Assembly (NCBI GenBank): GCA_000934665.2
Contig: JYFJ02001304.1
Span: forward strand, 62,001 to 84,125
Reading direction: 5' to 3'
DNA: 22,125 nt
Source: Catajapyx aquilonaris
Lineage: Eukaryota
Position numbers and translations under genes: made by a program
The notes under the pieces: generated by a model
The model's database searches: none
Told to the model about the DNA's origin: nothing
What the model saw: only the letters and a program-made list of their open reading frames with translations
Shown: positions 18,125-22,125 of the stretch, in pieces
Position numbering within the stretch: position 1 is the stretch's first letter
Layout: every line of letters starts with the position of its first letter

Positions 18125-21100
18125 ATGGCTCCAAACACTGAGGAAATCAGGAGATGCGTGGTGCCAATGTGCACCAGCAACTGCGGAGGAGGTTCGACAT
18201 GTGGCGGAGGTTCAACGGCGTACTTCCCCTTCCCCAGCCACCAGAAGCTGCGGATGATGTGGATGCGGTCCATCCTCAAGCCAAACCATTCCTTGGTCTG
18301 CTCCAGACATTTTGATGAATCAGACCTGGTTTCAACTGGTGACAAAGGATTGAAACTGAAGGAAAATGCCTTTCCATTGCTCAACTTGCCGCAGCCTACT
18401 TCAAGACCAGCGACGGAAGATGTCCAGCGTTTAGAACGAGGTACTTCGAATGCAAACCATGTCGAAACATAACCTGAGAAGCACTTGCATGACAAATTAA
18501 TGTGTAAATGACGTATATGTGAATTACAATGAAGCCAGAGAGAGACACTAAAAATAAGTCTAATAACTGGTTCTGTACATCTGGCAGTGGTGGAAGCGGA
18601 CGTAACCACAGCATCGTCGCAGTTGATTGACTTGACCACAGGACCTTCAGATAACCAGTCGGATGCTATTGATGACTTGCCAGAATCAGACGAAAGGACC
18701 ACGGAACCAGCGGATGACATTCTTCCAGTTGTCCCGAGCGAAGCAACATGTTCCAGAATTAAAATGTGATACATGTTCATTTCGTTGAGCTCGTGTTTGA
18801 AGCGAAAGCTGTTGTGCAGGATATTTTTAATTCTAATTTAGTGCTCAGTATTTGTCGTCACCATATTAGGAACAAATTTTTGTTAAACAATGATCTTGCT
18901 TGGAAATGAACTTTTCTTAAGCGTACTGTGCATTTACCCAAGTATTAATGGCTGACCCATTTACAGGAAATCGAGCAACCACATTGTTGCCTCCCAGCTG
19001 GAATCTCAATCGACGGTTACCTTCTCACTGGAAGAGGTCAACGCAGCAGCTCAAGAGGAATTCGAAGATGTGCATGTCCCCATCGACATGGATCATCCTT
19101 ATGCGCAGAGCAAGGAGACGCAGTTCAAGTGCGGCTTGTGCGGTTTGACTTTCGCCTCAAAGGACACTGCGGCCAGTCATATTTGCATAATTTCTACCAA
19201 TGACCGGCTTGCAGTGGAGGGTATGCCAAGCCCAGCCGCTGTTCCAAGTGTTACGCCCAAAGTTGTTGAGTCAAAGAGTTACGTGGAATTCCAACCTTCT
19301 AATGTAATTCTGCTGCCCCATGCAGTACCGCTTGATTCAAAATTGGTTCCTGAATGGAAGGCAAGTTTCACAGGAGATAAATGCAATATATGCGGCAAAG
19401 TAATAGAATGGATTGATTTGCAAGAATGTCACTACAACAGCAACCACAAAATTACCGAGTCACATGTATGTGAGACATGTGGGATTGGATTTGTTGCTGA
19501 GGAAACTCTGAAAAAGCACAAGGCCACTGTTCACTTGACGGACTCTTTAGCCACTGTTCACTTGCCGGACTCTTTAGCCACTGTTCACTTGCCGGACTCT
19601 TTAGCCAGCTCGTTATCTCCTGTGGGAAGTAATAGAGAATTGGCTCCTGAATGGATAGCAAGCTTTACCGGAATGAAATGCAACTTATGTGGCAAGGATG
19701 TGAGTCAGAGGTGGCGAAAATGTCACTACCACAATCACAAAGGGATCAAGCCGTATAAGTGTGAGACATGTGGGAAGGGATTTTCTACTAAGTCACGTCT
19801 GAAATATCACAAAGCTTGTCACTTGTCCCCCTTTCATTTAATACATCATGAGGTACGTAATATAAAATTGGTTCCTGAGTGCAAGCCACAGTTCACAAAA
19901 GATACACACAATATGCATGGCAAAGTAACAGACGACACCGATTTGCAAAAACGTCACGACAACAACCAGGAAATGACCAACGAAATACGTGAAACATTCA
20001 AGAAGGGATACGTCCGTAAGACAGATCTGAAATGTCACAAAGAGGTTCACACGCTGGAACCTTCAGCCAACTCATCAGAGATGCGGAGTAATATAAAATT
20101 GTTTCCTGAATGGAAGTCGAGTTTCGCAGGAGATAAATGTAATATATGTGGCCAAGTAATAGAAGGGATTAATTTCCAAAAACTTCACTACTTTGTACAC
20201 ACCGGGATCAAGCCATATCAGTGCAAGAAATGTGGAATTGGATACCTCAGTAAGGCAGATCTGAAGAGTCACAATGTAGTTCACCTGCAGCCTGCCAACT
20301 CATCACGTCAAGTGGCAAGTAAGGTAAAATTGACACCTGAACGGAAGGCAAGCTATACTGGAACGACATGTCACCTCGAGGGACATGAAGGACGACCTCC
20401 TTGTGATGGTTCAAGAACTGCTGCGGCAAGCCAGGTCAAGGTAGATTGGTATGCAATAATTGCAGATTTGCCAGCAGATACAGTGGCTCCGGACAAGGTT
20501 CCAGAGGAGAAAGATATACTTGAATGTGAGTTGTGCGGAAAGACTTACCTTTTCAAGTCTCACATGGATCGTCATGTGATGAGTCACATGGGAAAGACTT
20601 TCACATGTGATGTGTGTAACAAGCAGTATACTCATAAGGATACTCTTAAGAAGCACAAGAGAACCTGCGGGAAGGAAGGGGAGATTCCTTTGGAGATTTT
20701 GAAGCCACATGCGTGTAAGAAATGTGGGAAAAGATTTGCGAAAAAGTCTGCGCTTGCCAATCATCTCTTAACACATGGGACTACAAGAGAGAGGCCATAC
20801 GTGTGCAAAATATGTTCAAAGGCATTTATTTGGAAGGCGTCTTTTGATGCACATCATTACATCCATACGGGAGAGAAGCCGCATTTGTGTGATTTTTGCG
20901 GTAGAACTTTCAGGGTCAAGGGTCAGTTGACCCAACATTACAGGCGACACACTGGGGAGAAGCCATACAGATGTGAAACATGTGATAAAAGATTTCGCAT
21001 GAAAGCAGCCCTGATTATCCATCGCAGAGTGCACACCGGGGAAAGACCTTATCAATGCGACACATGCGGGAAGAAATTCGTAACTCAAGCCGCACTTCAC

Positions 21101-21244
21101 AGACACAAGGGAACTCACAAACCTGGAAAAGCCGCATTCACATGCAACTCTTGTGGGTACAAATTTGCCCGAAAGGCCGCTTTAGCGAGGCACAAGTGTG
21201 CCGCTGAAGAAGGAACAGCCGCGACCGACCATGAACTAAATTAG
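18125..21244 (+). CDS. THAP-domain / C2H2 zinc-finger protein, paralogue 4 (about 923 aa if a cryptic donor at 18766 is used)
   Basis: Exons 18125-18440, 18588-(18765?), 18967-21244. THAP exon and ZF exon are intact. The gtaggt donor of exon 2 seen in paralogues 1-3 is absent, so the exon 2-3 join is uncertain. Confidence 0.78.
19523..19607 (+). repeat. In-frame 27-nt tandem repeat x3 in paralogue 4
   Basis: gccactgttcacttg(a/c)cggactcttta three times: ATVHL(T/P)DSL. Confidence 0.95.
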
Positions 21245-21305
21245 ATTGCCATTATTTTTTTGTGAGCAATGTATTTTAATACCCGTGTGTATGGGATTTA
21301 ACAGG

Positions 21306-21311
21306 AATAAA
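21306..21311 (+). terminator. Polyadenylation signal AATAAA, paralogue 4
   Basis: 62 nt after the TAG, in the same aataaagttgt context as paralogue 3. Confidence 0.65.
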
Positions 21312-21337
21312 GTTGTACTAAAGTTGTACTACATGTG

Positions 21338-21801
21338 CATATTATGATTACATTATATTATTATTACAGTATATTATACATTATATTATACATTACCGGT
21401 ATATTATTATATTACATTATATATTACATTATATTTACATATTATTATACATATATTATATTACATTATATTTACATATTATTATACATATATTATATTA
21501 CATTATATTTACATACCGGTATTATATTACATATTATATTACATTATATTTACATACCGGTATTATATTACATATTATATTACATTATATTTACATATTA
21601 TATTACATATTATATGACATTATATTTACATATATTATATTACATTATATTTACATATATTATTATTACATTATATTTGCATATTACATTATATTTACAT
21701 ATATTATTATTACATTATATTTGCATATTACATTATATTTACATATATTATTATTACATTATATTTGCATATTATATTACATATTATTATATTATTAATT
21801 A
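21338..21801. repeat. AT-rich low-complexity satellite built from ATTAT / TTACAT units
   Basis: About 460 nt of attatattacattatatttacat variants; G is almost absent except in accggt and tgcat variants. Confidence 0.95.
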
Positions 21802-22125
21802 AGTCGGTTGACTCCCAATGCCACAGCTCTGGGTACGCTTGTCAGGTATGACAGAAATGTACTGAAGAATTAAACATCTCAAATTCATCCTAACTGAACT
21901 GCAAATTAATTTTTTTTTTGTTTTAAAATAAATAAATTCTAATATTTGCATAAATGTATGCGGATTGTTTAATTTAGACATGCCTGTACAAAAAGCGCAT
22001 GAGTTGGTGTCAACCTCAGGCCGTTCCTTTTGTTGGGTCTTGACATTTTGAAATGTTTGGAAACTTTTTAAATCAAAAATTTGTCCAATTTTTATGACAA
22101 TTTTTGATCGAATATTTGTAACGTG

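Noticed and set aside
18064..18780. 238-aa antisense ORF and similar antisense ORFs over the other THAP exons
   Set aside because: Shadow frames of a GC-richer conserved exon; their ends are not conserved among copies and they have no recognisable domain.
14095..19607. 27-33-nt repeats as CRISPR-like arrays
   Set aside because: They are directly adjacent in-frame coding repeats with no spacers, in an intron-containing eukaryotic locus.
8876..21244. THAP copies as P-element/Galileo transposons
   Set aside because: No transposase catalytic region, and I saw no terminal inverted repeats or target-site duplications. THAP splices in frame to zinc-finger exons.
21335..21802. 155-aa Tyr/Ile-rich ORF
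   Set aside because: Translation of the AT-rich satellite; no ATG start, and it lies after the poly(A) signal of paralogue 4.

Overview
Eukaryotic (animal, probably invertebrate/arthropod-like by inference) genomic DNA with short GT-AG introns, mostly about 60-110 nt. All real genes are on the + strand, and most short track ORFs are exon fragments or shadows. (1) About 129-8138: a 5'-incomplete, at least 32-exon receptor-type protein tyrosine phosphatase-like gene (about 1659 aa visible). Its order is possible MAM tail, Tie-like EGF cluster, six FN3, membrane-proximal domain, TM, PTP D1, PTP D2, and a C-terminal YANF motif. Both PTP domains lack the invariant CX5R arginine, so it is probably a receptor pseudophosphatase. 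(2) 8876-21244: four tandem head-to-tail paralogues, each with a THAP-domain exon, an acidic exon carrying an LIDLT SIM-like motif, and one large exon carrying a DHPY HCF-1-binding-like motif, a variable number of EWxASFTG two-finger modules and an 8-finger array. The N-terminal modules are conserved while the finger recognition helices diverge, an organisation reminiscent of KRAB-ZNF/ZAD-ZNF clusters. There is also a (TAA)27 microsatellite, an AT-rich satellite and a possible start of a fifth paralogue at the right edge. Exon models were read by eye and are not transcript-verified.
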